Of a stretch of DNA of 64,000 nucleotides, positions 54,248 through 62,582 are shown one piece after another. The stretch lies in the IMG/VR virus record IMGVR_UViG_3300035187_002895, positions 5,480 through 69,479 of that record, one strand, 5' to 3'. Each line of letters starts with the position of its first letter. Position 1 is the first letter of the stretch. Below the pieces are notes generated by a model. The model was given only the letters and a program-made list of their open reading frames with translations. It made no database searches and was not told the origin of the DNA. A program made the position numbers and the translations under genes. This DNA comes from a virus.

Positions 54248-54931
54248 TTATATTTCCGGTTTTGTTCCGTTTTTAAAATCAATTGTCAATTGTGAGGCAA
54301 AATCCTTAAAACGCTTCTCCTGAGCAAGGAAATAGTCCCTGTCCAATTCCACTCCCAGAAAGCTCAAATCGGCCTTATAGGCGGCAATTCTGGAAGAACC
54401 GCTCCCAAGGTGGGTATCAAGAATCTTGTCGCTCGGTTTGGCGTAGTTCTTAAATATCCAATCGTATAATTCAGTAGGTTTTTGCGTTGGGTGTATTCTA
54501 AATTCATCGTTTGTATCTGAAATAAAACCCATAGTTCTCAATGTAAACATTTTTACAACTTTAGTAAAAGAAGTCCAACACAATTCTGCATCAGCAAAAA
54601 CACTTTTATTATCTGTATTGTTTATTTTATTCCAAACTATCCAACATTTGCTAACTGGTATTTTATCTGTAAAATAATTTCCGCCCCATATTAATTGATT
54701 TTTAGAAACCCTAAAAAGTTCATCAAAATATTCTTGTTGCGGTGTTTCCCTATCCCATTTTACATCTTTTAATTCTGGTCTATTATTATTTACGCCCCAA
54801 CCATTTTTACCTCTTGCATAAGAAATCCCATAAGGCGGGTCCACAACGGCCAAATCGAAATACTTATCAGGAAAGCGAGCCATTACCTCCATGCAATCCT
54901 GGTTATACGCCACCGATTCCACCTGTTTCAT
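54248..54931 (-). CDS. DNA methyltransferase, N6A/N4C family
   Basis: NQDCME, VDPPYG, IHPTQKP, ILDTHLGSGS, GVELD. Confidence 0.92.
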   Translation of the reverse strand: MKQVESVAYNQDCMEVMARFPDKYFDLAVVDPPYGISYARGKNGWGVNNNRPELKDVKWDRETPQQEYFDELFRVSKNQLIWGGNYFTDKIPVSKCWIVWNKINNTDNKSVFADAELCWTSFTKVVKMFTLRTMGFISDTNDEFRIHPTQKPTELYDWIFKNYAKPSDKILDTHLGSGSSRIAAYKADLSFLGVELDRDYFLAQEKRFKDFASQLTIDFKNGTKPEI

Positions 54932-55443
54932 TTTGTTTCCGTTTTATCAATTATGTTCACTCTTTTTTCGTTTGGGAAATATTCCCCATCCTCTGTTACC
55001 TTACGAAACTCCAGAACCACCCTTCTGCCCTCGTCCGTTTCTATAAAATCGTTTCTGTCCTTATTGTTTCCTTTCCAAAATATCAAAGGACTAAGGACAT
55101 AATCGTTTCGTTCTCCCGTTATTAACCCCAAATTCTTAAGGGAAGCCAAATGTTTGGGGATGTTGTTAAGGCTTACCCCTGTCACCTGTGTAATATGTTT
55201 CCTTCGTTCGGGGGACAATATCACAATCCCCGTTCCAAACTCAGCATATTGCGTAAGCTGCCATAAAACCTTCACATCCATAAGGCTTTTTATTCGGAAC
55301 AAAGGAGCCATGTACTTGTAATATGTCATGTAAAACTCGTCCCCCTTAAAAGGAATGCTATAATACTGCGTTTCCGTCTGAAACTGTTTCTTCCCGTGCT
55401 CGTCCTCAAGAGACACTATCCTCAAATTCTTTTTCGTTGCCAT
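54928..55443 (-). CDS. RepL-like winged-helix protein
   Basis: HTH-like segment (ITQVTGVSLNNIPKHLASLKNLGLI) followed by YVLSPLIFWKG. Confidence 0.6.
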   Translation of the reverse strand: MATKKNLRIVSLEDEHGKKQFQTETQYYSIPFKGDEFYMTYYKYMAPLFRIKSLMDVKVLWQLTQYAEFGTGIVILSPERRKHITQVTGVSLNNIPKHLASLKNLGLITGERNDYVLSPLIFWKGNNKDRNDFIETDEGRRVVLEFRKVTEDGEYFPNEKRVNIIDKTETK

Positions 55444-55871
55444 GTCGTAAAATAATGCGACAAATGTACTAATCTTTTCTGAAAAGTACTAACGAAAATA
55501 AGACAAACTCCTATTCTGAAATGACGGCATACTCTCACACTATTTAAAAGTACTCTCAGAATAGTACTTTTTTCATTGCGAGTTCCTGTAAATCACTTTG
55601 TTATAAACACCTTCCTATCTATTCTTATATAATGAATTTATCCGTGTCACTTACCATTTCCTCCCCTGTCCCTCCCATTCCCGTCCCCGTCTCTACACAT
55701 CCTGCCTACTCCTCTCCCCTCCCGTTCCCTTCCCATTCCCCATCCCCCCCCCTTCCCTTTCCCGCCCCCTTCCCTCCCCTTTCCTCCCCGTCCCCCCTAA
55801 AAAAAAAGAAACGAACACAGGGCCAACAAGGAACGAACTCAGGACGGAAAGGAACTGAAAAGTTTCGGCAC

Positions 55872-55977
55872 TTAACATATCGGACGGGAGAAAGGAAAAG
55901 GAACTTTCACTGTGAGTTAACATATCCGACGAGTTAACAAATCGGACTGAAAGGGTCCACCACTTAACGAATCGGAC
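55872..55977 (+). repeat. Four 14-bp direct repeats (iteron-like)
   Basis: TTAACATATCGGAC 55872, TTAACATATCCGAC 55917, TTAACAAATCGGAC 55934, TTAACGAATCGGAC 55964. Confidence 0.8.
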
Positions 55978-56069
55978 GGGGCCGCCCCCTGTCCCCCCTC
56001 CTTCCGTCCCTGCCCGAAACCAATCCCCCTTAACCCCGTCCCCCTGACCTGGTGCGGACTGGTGGGCCC

Positions 56070-56400
56070 TTCGGGAACCTGAACCAGACCAAACCGATAC
56101 CGGAAACGGAAACCCTGCCAACCCGAAACAGGATCCATACAGGAAAGGAACCAATCCGAAACCGTTATACGGAATATACAGGACGGAACCGGAAGCCTGT
56201 ATATATATAAGGAAAGGGACCAAGACCAGACCAGACCGAAACCAGGAAAGGATCAGGACCAGACAAGGACCAGGGCAGGGAAAGGAACCAGAACCCGAAC
56301 AGGACCAGGAACAGACCGGACCGAAACGGGAAAGGAACCAGACCTGACCGAACCGAAACAGGGACCGAAACGGGAAAGGCCCGAATGTCAACACGGGACG
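56070..56400 (+). repeat. Low-complexity purine-biased short repeats
   Basis: Dozens of GAACC/AGACC/GGACC/CCGAAAC units; very few T on the plus strand. Confidence 0.75.
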
Positions 56401-56606
56401 GGGAATGGGCCCTCCTTCCGCTTCCTTTCCTTTCCTTGCCTTTCCTTGTTTCGGATTTGTTACGCATACACGCACGCACGAAGGAACATTTAACCTTTCG
56501 GATTTCCTTACATGAAGCGAAACGGGTAAATGTGTGGTTTACAGGGGATTAGGGAACAATTCCTTACATATTGTTTCACATTGTGTCGGGTTTTTTCCGT
56601 TTATAG

Positions 56607-56637
56607 TTTGGATTTGTTTGTCGGGGCCGTACTTTTG
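56607..56637 (+). promoter_or_regulatory. Bacteroidota sigma70-type promoter of the early operon
   Basis: TTTG-N19-TACTTTTG, consensus boxes and spacing. Confidence 0.75.
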
Positions 56638-56666
56638 TCTTGTTCAATTTTTATAACACAAACAAA

Positions 56667-56939
56667 ATGAAAAACGAAACGGCGTTGGTTGTCAAAGAAT
56701 TAGTTATGACAACATACAAAAGTAATTTATCCAAATTTTCAGAGTCCGAAAGCATTGAGTTAACGGAAATTAACAGCGGCATAAGAGAGTTCATCATAGA
56801 CCTTTCAAAAGATGGTAAGGTGTGGAGGGGTGAGGTAAATGGAGTTATGATTACAGATGGAGACTTTTGGGCCCTTCCGAAATTGGCAATGTTAGAGGAG
56901 TGTTGGTTGTATATTGGCAGACAATTACAACTAATATAA
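56667..56939 (+). CDS. Early hypothetical protein
   Basis: Start MKNET after an A-rich leader. Confidence 0.6.
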   Translation: MKNETALVVKELVMTTYKSNLSKFSESESIELTEINSGIREFIIDLSKDGKVWRGEVNGVMITDGDFWALPKLAMLEECWLYIGRQLQLI

Positions 56940-56946
56940 CCCACCA

Positions 56947-56995
56947 GGCCGGAAATATGCACTTTGGGAGCCGTCATAGGTTCCTCCGGCCACAA
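56947..56995 (+). ncRNA. tRNA-like element 1 (degenerate)
   Basis: GGCCGGA/TCCGGCC 7-bp stem with a stacked GGAGCC/GGTTCC hairpin, ends ACAA; T-loop non-canonical. Confidence 0.4.
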
Positions 56996-57032
56996 TGCCA
57001 ATTTTGGCAGATTATCAAAACAAACCAAAAAA

Positions 57033-57482
57033 ATGAAAACTGTAGAAAAACTTTTAAGATTCGCCTACCAAAGGCCCGGACTTAATCCACGGGATTACAT
57101 TTCTGATTACAGAGATATTCAGGGCAGAAGGGCCTATTTCCGTGAAAGTAGGGAAATAACAAACGATTTGCAGGACTTTAAAACCCTCTTTTCTTTTGCT
57201 ACTCAAAGAATTGAGAATCTGGAAGAAAAGTTAATAACCTACCTTTCCAAAAATTCAGGTCGTTTAACACTTGAAAACGGAAACCTGCAATATATAACAG
57301 GTCAATATTTCCCAACGGAGTACAGACCAGCCGCAAGTAGGGTTATTGCTTCGCTTCTTTGGGACGATTACAGGGAGGAAAAGAATCAAGATGGAACGCA
57401 AGTCTATGCGGACGGAATAGCTATCAGGAAGGCAATTTGCCGCAACTTCAATAGAAGGATTTGCAAATATTATTTCAACTAA
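57033..57482 (+). CDS. Early hypothetical protein
   Basis: Start MKTVEK; QRPGL and YITGQYFPTEYRPAA segments. Confidence 0.7.
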   Translation: MKTVEKLLRFAYQRPGLNPRDYISDYRDIQGRRAYFRESREITNDLQDFKTLFSFATQRIENLEEKLITYLSKNSGRLTLENGNLQYITGQYFPTEYRPAASRVIASLLWDDYREEKNQDGTQVYADGIAIRKAICRNFNRRICKYYFN

Positions 57483-57489
57483 AACTCAG

Positions 57490-57535
57490 GGCCGGAAAAG
57501 GAAAGAGGCGGGTTCGAGTCCCCCTCCGGCCCCCA
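57490..57535 (+). ncRNA. tRNA-like element 2 (acceptor stem plus T-arm only)
   Basis: GGCCGGA/TCCGGCC stem, GCGGG-TTCGAGT-CCCCC T-arm (one mismatch), then C and CCA; an 11-nt purine linker replaces the D and anticodon arms. Confidence 0.6.
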
Positions 57536-57575
57536 ACAAAACACGGGAACGGGTGTAGGCCGAACGGGAACGCTT

Positions 57576-57764
57576 ATGTTACAATTTTCAGAAGTTATGC
57601 AGGAAGTGAAAGCCCTTTATGAAGGTTGGCTTTCAGATGAAACATTGAAAGATGTTCAAAGCCCTGAAGAAATGCAAATGGAAATGTTGCAATGTATTCA
57701 GGGAGTAATAGGTTCAGACTTTGTAATTCTCACAAAGGAGCAGCATCAGAAATTAGTTTGGTAA
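57576..57764 (+). CDS. Early hypothetical protein
   Basis: 62-aa ORF in the operon. Confidence 0.5.
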   Translation: MLQFSEVMQEVKALYEGWLSDETLKDVQSPEEMQMEMLQCIQGVIGSDFVILTKEQHQKLVW

Positions 57765-57781
57765 TTAAACAGCAAAGCAAA

Positions 57782-57943
57782 ATGAAAACCTTCAAATTCA
57801 AACTTTACATTCGGACGAAACAAGGGCAGGAATTTGTCGTTGCCTGTTCGGAAATCATGGCGCAAAATGTAGATGCAGCCCTGAAACAGTTCAACAAACA
57901 AGCCTTACCCTTCCATCACTTCGCAACAATAGAAACGCTATGA
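57782..57943 (+). CDS. Early hypothetical protein
   Basis: Start MKTFKF; ATGA coupling to the next gene. Confidence 0.55.
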   Translation: MKTFKFKLYIRTKQGQEFVVACSEIMAQNVDAALKQFNKQALPFHHFATIETL

Positions 57944-58194
57944 AAACAAAGCAAATAGTTGATTCTTGCCTGAATGATATTGAGCTGGACATTATAAGGA
58001 ACAATGCCCGGCTAAATGTAGCGGTTCAGGACCAAACATTTCGGCTTGCCATTGCAAACGCAAAGCAATCAGAGAGTCTTCTATCAATGTGGGGCGAACC
58101 ACAACTAAAGAAATACGGCTACAATGTCGCCAAAATAAGGCAGTCAATTGAAAATATAAAGCAGGTTTGTAAAGAGTTCAATATTCGATATTAA
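57940..58194 (+). CDS. Early hypothetical protein
   Basis: 84-aa ORF. Confidence 0.6.
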   Translation: MKTKQIVDSCLNDIELDIIRNNARLNVAVQDQTFRLAIANAKQSESLLSMWGEPQLKKYGYNVAKIRQSIENIKQVCKEFNIRY

Positions 58195-58203
58195 CCCCCC
58201 CTT

Positions 58204-58268
58204 TCCCATACCCCCGCTGGGGGGGGATGCCTTCGGGCGGTCCGGTTCGATTCCGGATATGGGAGCCA
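58204..58268 (+). ncRNA. tRNA-like element 3 (no anticodon)
   Basis: TCCCATA/TATGGGA stem, TCCGG-TTCGATT-CCGGA T-arm, then G and CCA; the inner arms are a C5/G hairpin and GCC-TTCG-GGC. Confidence 0.7.
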
Positions 58269-58309
58269 ATCTTTGCCGGGAACGGGGCCTAAGCCGAACG
58301 GAAAGCAAA

Positions 58310-58459
58310 ATGAAAATTCAGGAACTTATCAGCAAAAAGGGGTATCAATTAAGAATGAACCTGACCAATGGCAGAATAGGGAGTTATTCAGCCGTAAAAA
58401 ATGGCCGTGTATATGCAACCGAAAAGACACAGACACAACTTTTAAAAAGACTGAAATGA
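58310..58459 (+). CDS. Early hypothetical protein
   Basis: Start MKIQEL; ATGA coupling. Confidence 0.5.
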   Translation: MKIQELISKKGYQLRMNLTNGRIGSYSAVKNGRVYATEKTQTQLLKRLK

Positions 58460-58719
58460 ACACATTTGAAAATTTCCTTTTCATTCACGACTCAAACGGA
58501 GTGCCATATGGAGGCATTCCCATGAGCCGCCCGGAAGCCGCCCTGAAACTGGCCATAATTGAGGCCATACGGGACAACCTGGCCCCCCTTACGATTAGGG
58601 TGGACCTGTACTACCTTATGAACTTTGGAATCGTCAAAGCCTACCAACTTTCTGGCGAGGAACTTTTCTTTTCCGCTTCGATTGAATCCTTTCCTTCACT
58701 CCTGACGGCACAGAAATGA
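58456..58719 (+). CDS. Early hypothetical protein
   Basis: Start MNTFEN; ATGA coupling at both ends. Confidence 0.55.
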   Translation: MNTFENFLFIHDSNGVPYGGIPMSRPEAALKLAIIEAIRDNLAPLTIRVDLYYLMNFGIVKAYQLSGEELFFSASIESFPSLLTAQK

Positions 58720-58982
58720 ACATTACTTTAATCGAATCGGGCTGCCCCTGGACCTTCACCGTCAACGGTCGGGAGGTGGTTGTAACGGGGCTAAACATAC
58801 AGCACCGGCCCTTTCAACTTGAAGTGTATGACATGACCGAAAACGGCCCCAAGTGCCATTACCGACAGGCCCTTATGCCCTATCTGGCAGACCTGGAACT
58901 TGAGGTGGGTTCGTTCCTGTCCATGGACGAAAAAGAGGCCCTCATTGATTTTTTTACAGAGAATTTAGAACACGAAATATGA
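58716..58982 (+). CDS. Early hypothetical protein
   Basis: 88 aa, ATGA coupled. Confidence 0.6.
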   Translation: MNITLIESGCPWTFTVNGREVVVTGLNIQHRPFQLEVYDMTENGPKCHYRQALMPYLADLELEVGSFLSMDEKEALIDFFTENLEHEI

Positions 58983-59227
58983 AAGCACGAATTTTAGTAA
59001 CGGGGAACAACCCCCAAACCATTGCCGCCACCATTAAAGGAGACGGCCCTCACAGGGTGACGAACACGGGAAGCGTTCTCATTCCGTTCAACAAGTTTAA
59101 AGCCGCCCAAAGGGAACTATTGCGGCTCCATGATGATTTAAGCCTTGAGGGGACTTTCCATGTATGGACCCCGAAATGTGACGAACTGATTGCCGAAAGT
59201 TTTCACCTATCCATTCTCAAGCCATGA
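58979..59227 (+). CDS. Early hypothetical protein
   Basis: 82 aa, ATGA coupled. Confidence 0.6.
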   Translation: MKARILVTGNNPQTIAATIKGDGPHRVTNTGSVLIPFNKFKAAQRELLRLHDDLSLEGTFHVWTPKCDELIAESFHLSILKP

Positions 59228-59484
59228 CCCACACGATTAAGTGGAACTGCCCCGAATGGGACGGCCCTGAAACTTTAGACGAGGCCGACACGCTCAAAGA
59301 GGCTCTTAGGCTTTACGCTCTGGCCCGAAAGGGTGTTCTGTTAGGCGAGAAGCAGAACGCCCGTCTGGTGGCCTGTAAACGGCCTGAAACGGTGGTTGTG
59401 TGGATAGAGAGGGAAGGGAAGGCAATTCAGGAGGGGAACTTGCAGAAAGGATTGATTAGATTCTACCAACATGGACAGAAATAA
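59224..59484 (+). CDS. Early hypothetical protein
   Basis: 86 aa, ATGA coupled. Confidence 0.6.
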   Translation: MTHTIKWNCPEWDGPETLDEADTLKEALRLYALARKGVLLGEKQNARLVACKRPETVVVWIEREGKAIQEGNLQKGLIRFYQHGQK

Positions 59485-59683
59485 AATTCCCCTTAACACC
59501 CTCACCACCGTGGCGGGGGCCTGGCAAATCATTTACCCGGCCTATTGTCAGGACTTCCTTTGGAGCTGCGCCACATTCCGTGAGTTCCAGAATTTGGTTT
59601 CGGAAAGGTTTATTCTGGATGATGCCCAGTGGGCCCACATCCATGCACTGTGGGGACAGTTCCACCCCAAACTTACGGCCTGA
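59471..59683 (+). CDS. Early hypothetical protein
   Basis: 70-aa ORF in the operon. Confidence 0.5.
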   Translation: MDRNKIPLNTLTTVAGAWQIIYPAYCQDFLWSCATFREFQNLVSERFILDDAQWAHIHALWGQFHPKLTA

Positions 59684-59692
59684 AATAGCCGT

Positions 59693-59739
59693 TCCCGTTT
59701 TGGAAATTTACAGGGGATCGACACCCCTGACGGGAACAA
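59693..59739 (+). ncRNA. tRNA-like element 4 (acceptor stem plus T-arm only)
   Basis: TCCCGTT/GACGGGA stem, AGGGG-ATCGACA-CCCCT T-arm, ends ACAA; 12-nt linker. Confidence 0.5.
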
Positions 59740-59777
59740 TGTCAGCACGGTGCTGGCAGGATTTAAAACACACACAA

Positions 59778-60026
59778 ATGGAAAAAGAAAAAGAGGTGGG
59801 CCCGATGGAGGCCCAATTCCCGCTTCTGTATATGTACAGAACGGAAGTCATGCTATCCGATTGGGAAATCTTTCTCCTGATTGAAGGGCTTACTACAATT
59901 ATTGAAAAACGGGAGAAGGAATTGAGAGATGGGCTTTTTGGGCCAGATAGGATGGCCCATTTTGACGAAATGAAGGCCCACAGGGAACAACTATTGGCCA
60001 AACTAAAAACCATTAAAGTGCTATGA
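59778..60026 (+). CDS. Early hypothetical protein
   Basis: Start MEKEKE after an A/C-rich leader. Confidence 0.55.
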   Translation: MEKEKEVGPMEAQFPLLYMYRTEVMLSDWEIFLLIEGLTTIIEKREKELRDGLFGPDRMAHFDEMKAHREQLLAKLKTIKVL

Positions 60027-60370
60027 GTATGGAAATTAAAACAGAAGGTTCCCCCGCTGAATATGTCGGGGCCCTTATTCTTGTGGCCAAGGCTGGCCGC
60101 ATTCGGGTGAACTGCCATATCAGTTCCGATTTCGTTCCGCTCCAGTTTTGGCCCGAATTGGTGGCCAAGTTTGGGGGAACGCTCTGGATGAGCCGTATAT
60201 TCAGGAATGTATTCTGTGAACTCCCCGAAGGCTTCACCCTCTCCCATAATTTCAGCAAGGAAATTGAGGCCCAGATACAGACTGAATTGCTCCCCGAATT
60301 GGTGGAACTACAGCCCGAAAGTAAAATTGAAATCAAAGATCAAACATTCGTTGTATGCAGCACACAGTAA
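60023..60370 (+). CDS. Hypothetical protein
   Basis: 115 aa, ATGA coupled. Confidence 0.6.
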   Translation: MSMEIKTEGSPAEYVGALILVAKAGRIRVNCHISSDFVPLQFWPELVAKFGGTLWMSRIFRNVFCELPEGFTLSHNFSKEIEAQIQTELLPELVELQPESKIEIKDQTFVVCSTQ

Positions 60371-60627
60371 AAGTAGAGATTAGCTATTCGCACGAGGTGA
60401 CGGTGATTGCCGACACCCTTCAGGAGGCTCAGGAAAAGGCCATAGCCATAGGCATGGAAATGGTTCCTGTTAATTCCTTCAATGTTGAAGTGAGGCCCAG
60501 AACGCCCCTCAAAACTTTTCGTTCCGTTTCCGACATGGTGAGGTATTGTGACCACAAGGGCATGATTCCCGTTTCCACTAACATAAAAGCAGACGGGGCC
60601 GTTTCCGTCATCCTGATGAAGAAATGA
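60355..60627 (+). CDS. Hypothetical protein
   Basis: 90 aa, VIADTLQEAQEKA motif common in small phage proteins. Confidence 0.6.
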   Translation: MQHTVKVEISYSHEVTVIADTLQEAQEKAIAIGMEMVPVNSFNVEVRPRTPLKTFRSVSDMVRYCDHKGMIPVSTNIKADGAVSVILMKK

Positions 60628-60697
60628 AAAGGAAAGAAATTATTCCCCGCCTTGCCGGGATGGTGTTATTATTTAACTTGTTATACCAATTTTTCAA

Positions 60698-60961
60698 ATG
60701 AAAAAAGAACAACTACAGGAGGTGTTGGATGACCTCCCCAAAAAGCTGCACGATATGTACGCTTTCGAAATCATCCCCGAAGGGCCCAATTGCCCCGCTT
60801 TCCTGCGGATGGGCCGCTCCATTAACGGCATAATGTCGGAAGTGGAAATCACACCCCTTCTTGAGGTGGTGCATTTGGAAGACTCCCTGTCCTTCCGGAA
60901 CTCCTACCAGTTCGTTTACCTTTCCACCCATACCTACTCAATCTGTGAATACCGCCGTTGA
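60698..60961 (+). CDS. Hypothetical protein
   Basis: 87-aa ORF. Confidence 0.55.
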   Translation: MKKEQLQEVLDDLPKKLHDMYAFEIIPEGPNCPAFLRMGRSINGIMSEVEITPLLEVVHLEDSLSFRNSYQFVYLSTHTYSICEYRR

Positions 60962-61178
60962 CATATTCATAATTATGTTCGGGACCCTTGCCTGTTGGTC
61001 CTTTGCCTGGAAGGCTTACATTGCCCACCATTCAGAAAGATGGAGGGATAAGGTGGTGTATATTGTGTTGGCATTCCTGATGCTGCTGGTTGTATTTGCG
61101 GAAATTACGATTGTGAGGCCGCAAAATTTTAAACCGTCCAAAATGGAACACTTCCCAAAATCGCATAAAAATGTGTAA
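60861..61178 (+). CDS. Small membrane protein (start uncertain)
   Basis: Two hydrophobic segments in the C-terminal 70 aa. Confidence 0.45.
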   Translation: MRWCIWKTPCPSGTPTSSFTFPPIPTQSVNTAVDIFIIMFGTLACWSFAWKAYIAHHSERWRDKVVYIVLAFLMLLVVFAEITIVRPQNFKPSKMEHFPKSHKNV

Positions 61179-61221
61179 AAAGCGGTTTTTGGAATTATTT
61201 CACAATATTATGCAACTTTTT

Positions 61222-61253
61222 GTTGCACAATATTTTGCGGGGTGTTATGTTTG
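61222..61253 (+). promoter_or_regulatory. Bacteroidota-type promoter
   Basis: GTTG-N20-TATGTTTG upstream of the SSB-like gene; CACAATATT repeated at 61201 and 61226. Confidence 0.55.
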
Positions 61254-61313
61254 CCCCGCTCTAAAGCAAAAAGTTTAAAACAATTTCTAACAAATTTTCT
61301 AACAAACAAAAAA

Positions 61314-62054
61314 ATGGCAATTATTGTCTCGTCCAAGGGCAGCACGACGGCCCGTGAACCAATTCCAGCAGGGGCCCATGCTGCCCGCTGCTACAGCATC
61401 ATTGACCTCGGAACTTCCGAGCAGCTTATTTCCGGCAACCAGAGGGTTGTCCGTAAAATCCGCATAACATTTGAACTGCCCACCGAAAGGAGGGTGTTCG
61501 GTGAGGAAAAGGGGGAACAGCCCTGCGTAACGAGTAAGGAGTTCACCCTGTCCCTTGCCGATAAGTCCAACCTTCGGGCCTTCCTGAGGTCATGGAGGGG
61601 CAAGGACTTTACAGAGCAAGAGGCCGCAGCCTTTGATGTGGCCAAATTGATAGGGGCTCCCTGTCTGCTTAACATTATTCATGTGGCCGGGAAGACAAAC
61701 CCGTCCAAAATGTATGACGAAATCAGCAGCGTGTCCCCGCTCCCGAAAGGGATGGTTTGCCCTCCGCAGGAGAACCCGTCCTTTGAGTTTTCGGTTTCGG
61801 AATGGAACCAGAAAGCGTTTGAGGAAATGCCCCAGTTCCTTCGGGAAAAGATTATGGCAAGTTTTGAGTTCCGGGAGTTAATGGCTCAGGGCATTGCCCG
61901 TCCCGTTACGGCAGGACATAACGCTGCCTTTCCTGCCGCTGCCCCTGTGGCTCCGGCTCCCGCTCCTGCTGCCCGTGTTGTGGCTCCCACGCCTCCCCCT
62001 GCCCCTGCTCCTTTTATTGACGAGGATGATGATTCAGATCCTCTTCCATTCTAA
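61314..62054 (+). CDS. ssDNA-binding-like phage replication/recombination protein
   Basis: IPAGAHAARCYSIIDLGT...LRSWRG...LIGAPCLL, Pro/Ala linker, acidic DDDSDPLPF tail. Confidence 0.7.
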   Translation: MAIIVSSKGSTTAREPIPAGAHAARCYSIIDLGTSEQLISGNQRVVRKIRITFELPTERRVFGEEKGEQPCVTSKEFTLSLADKSNLRAFLRSWRGKDFTEQEAAAFDVAKLIGAPCLLNIIHVAGKTNPSKMYDEISSVSPLPKGMVCPPQENPSFEFSVSEWNQKAFEEMPQFLREKIMASFEFRELMAQGIARPVTAGHNAAFPAAAPVAPAPAPAARVVAPTPPPAPAPFIDEDDDSDPLPF

Positions 62055-62081
62055 TTTTCTAAACAATTTCTTTTTACAAAA

Positions 62082-62582
62082 ATGAATTTGTTTCAAATTA
62101 CACAGGAATTTCTCGAACTGGCCTCCCTCATTGAGGAGGCCGGGGGCGAGGTGAACGATGCCATCCTTGAGGAACTGGCCATCAGTCGGGGCAACTTCGC
62201 CCACAAGGCGGAAGGATACACGAAATTGATTCTCAAATGGGAATCCGAATCGGAGGCCGCATCAGCGGAAATCAAACGGATACAGGCCCTGAAAAAGACG
62301 AAGGACAACGCCATAGCCCGTCTGAGGGACACGCTCCTACAGGCCCTTATGGTGTTCGGGTCTGAGGACAGCAAGGGAATCAAGCGTTACGAAACGGCCC
62401 TGTTGAAGCTTTCCACAAGGCGTTCCGCTGCCGTGGAAATTACGGACGAAACGGCCCTGCCGGAAGAGGCTTTCGTGATTAAACGGGAAGTGTCCAAGAC
62501 GGCCATCAAACGGCTTCTGGAAGACGGAATGGAGATTGATGGGGCCGCTATTAAGGAGAATGTATCTTTGCAGATAAGATGA
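62082..62582 (+). CDS. Siphovirus Gp157-like protein
   Basis: MNLFQIT...AEIKRIQALKK...STRRSAAVEI...SKTAIK...G.EIDGA...SLQIR. Confidence 0.8.
   Translation: MNLFQITQEFLELASLIEEAGGEVNDAILEELAISRGNFAHKAEGYTKLILKWESESEAASAEIKRIQALKKTKDNAIARLRDTLLQALMVFGSEDSKGIKRYETALLKLSTRRSAAVEITDETALPEEAFVIKREVSKTAIKRLLEDGMEIDGAAIKENVSLQIR

Noticed and set aside
55632-56479. ORFs 55632-55937, 55693-56475, 55917-56138 and 56165-56479
   Set aside because: They are translations of low-complexity repeats (S/G/F/P-rich) in the control region, with no protein-like features.
56947-59739. Canonical tRNA genes
   Set aside because: None has a 7-nt anticodon loop or a normal D-arm, so they are reported as tRNA-like elements.
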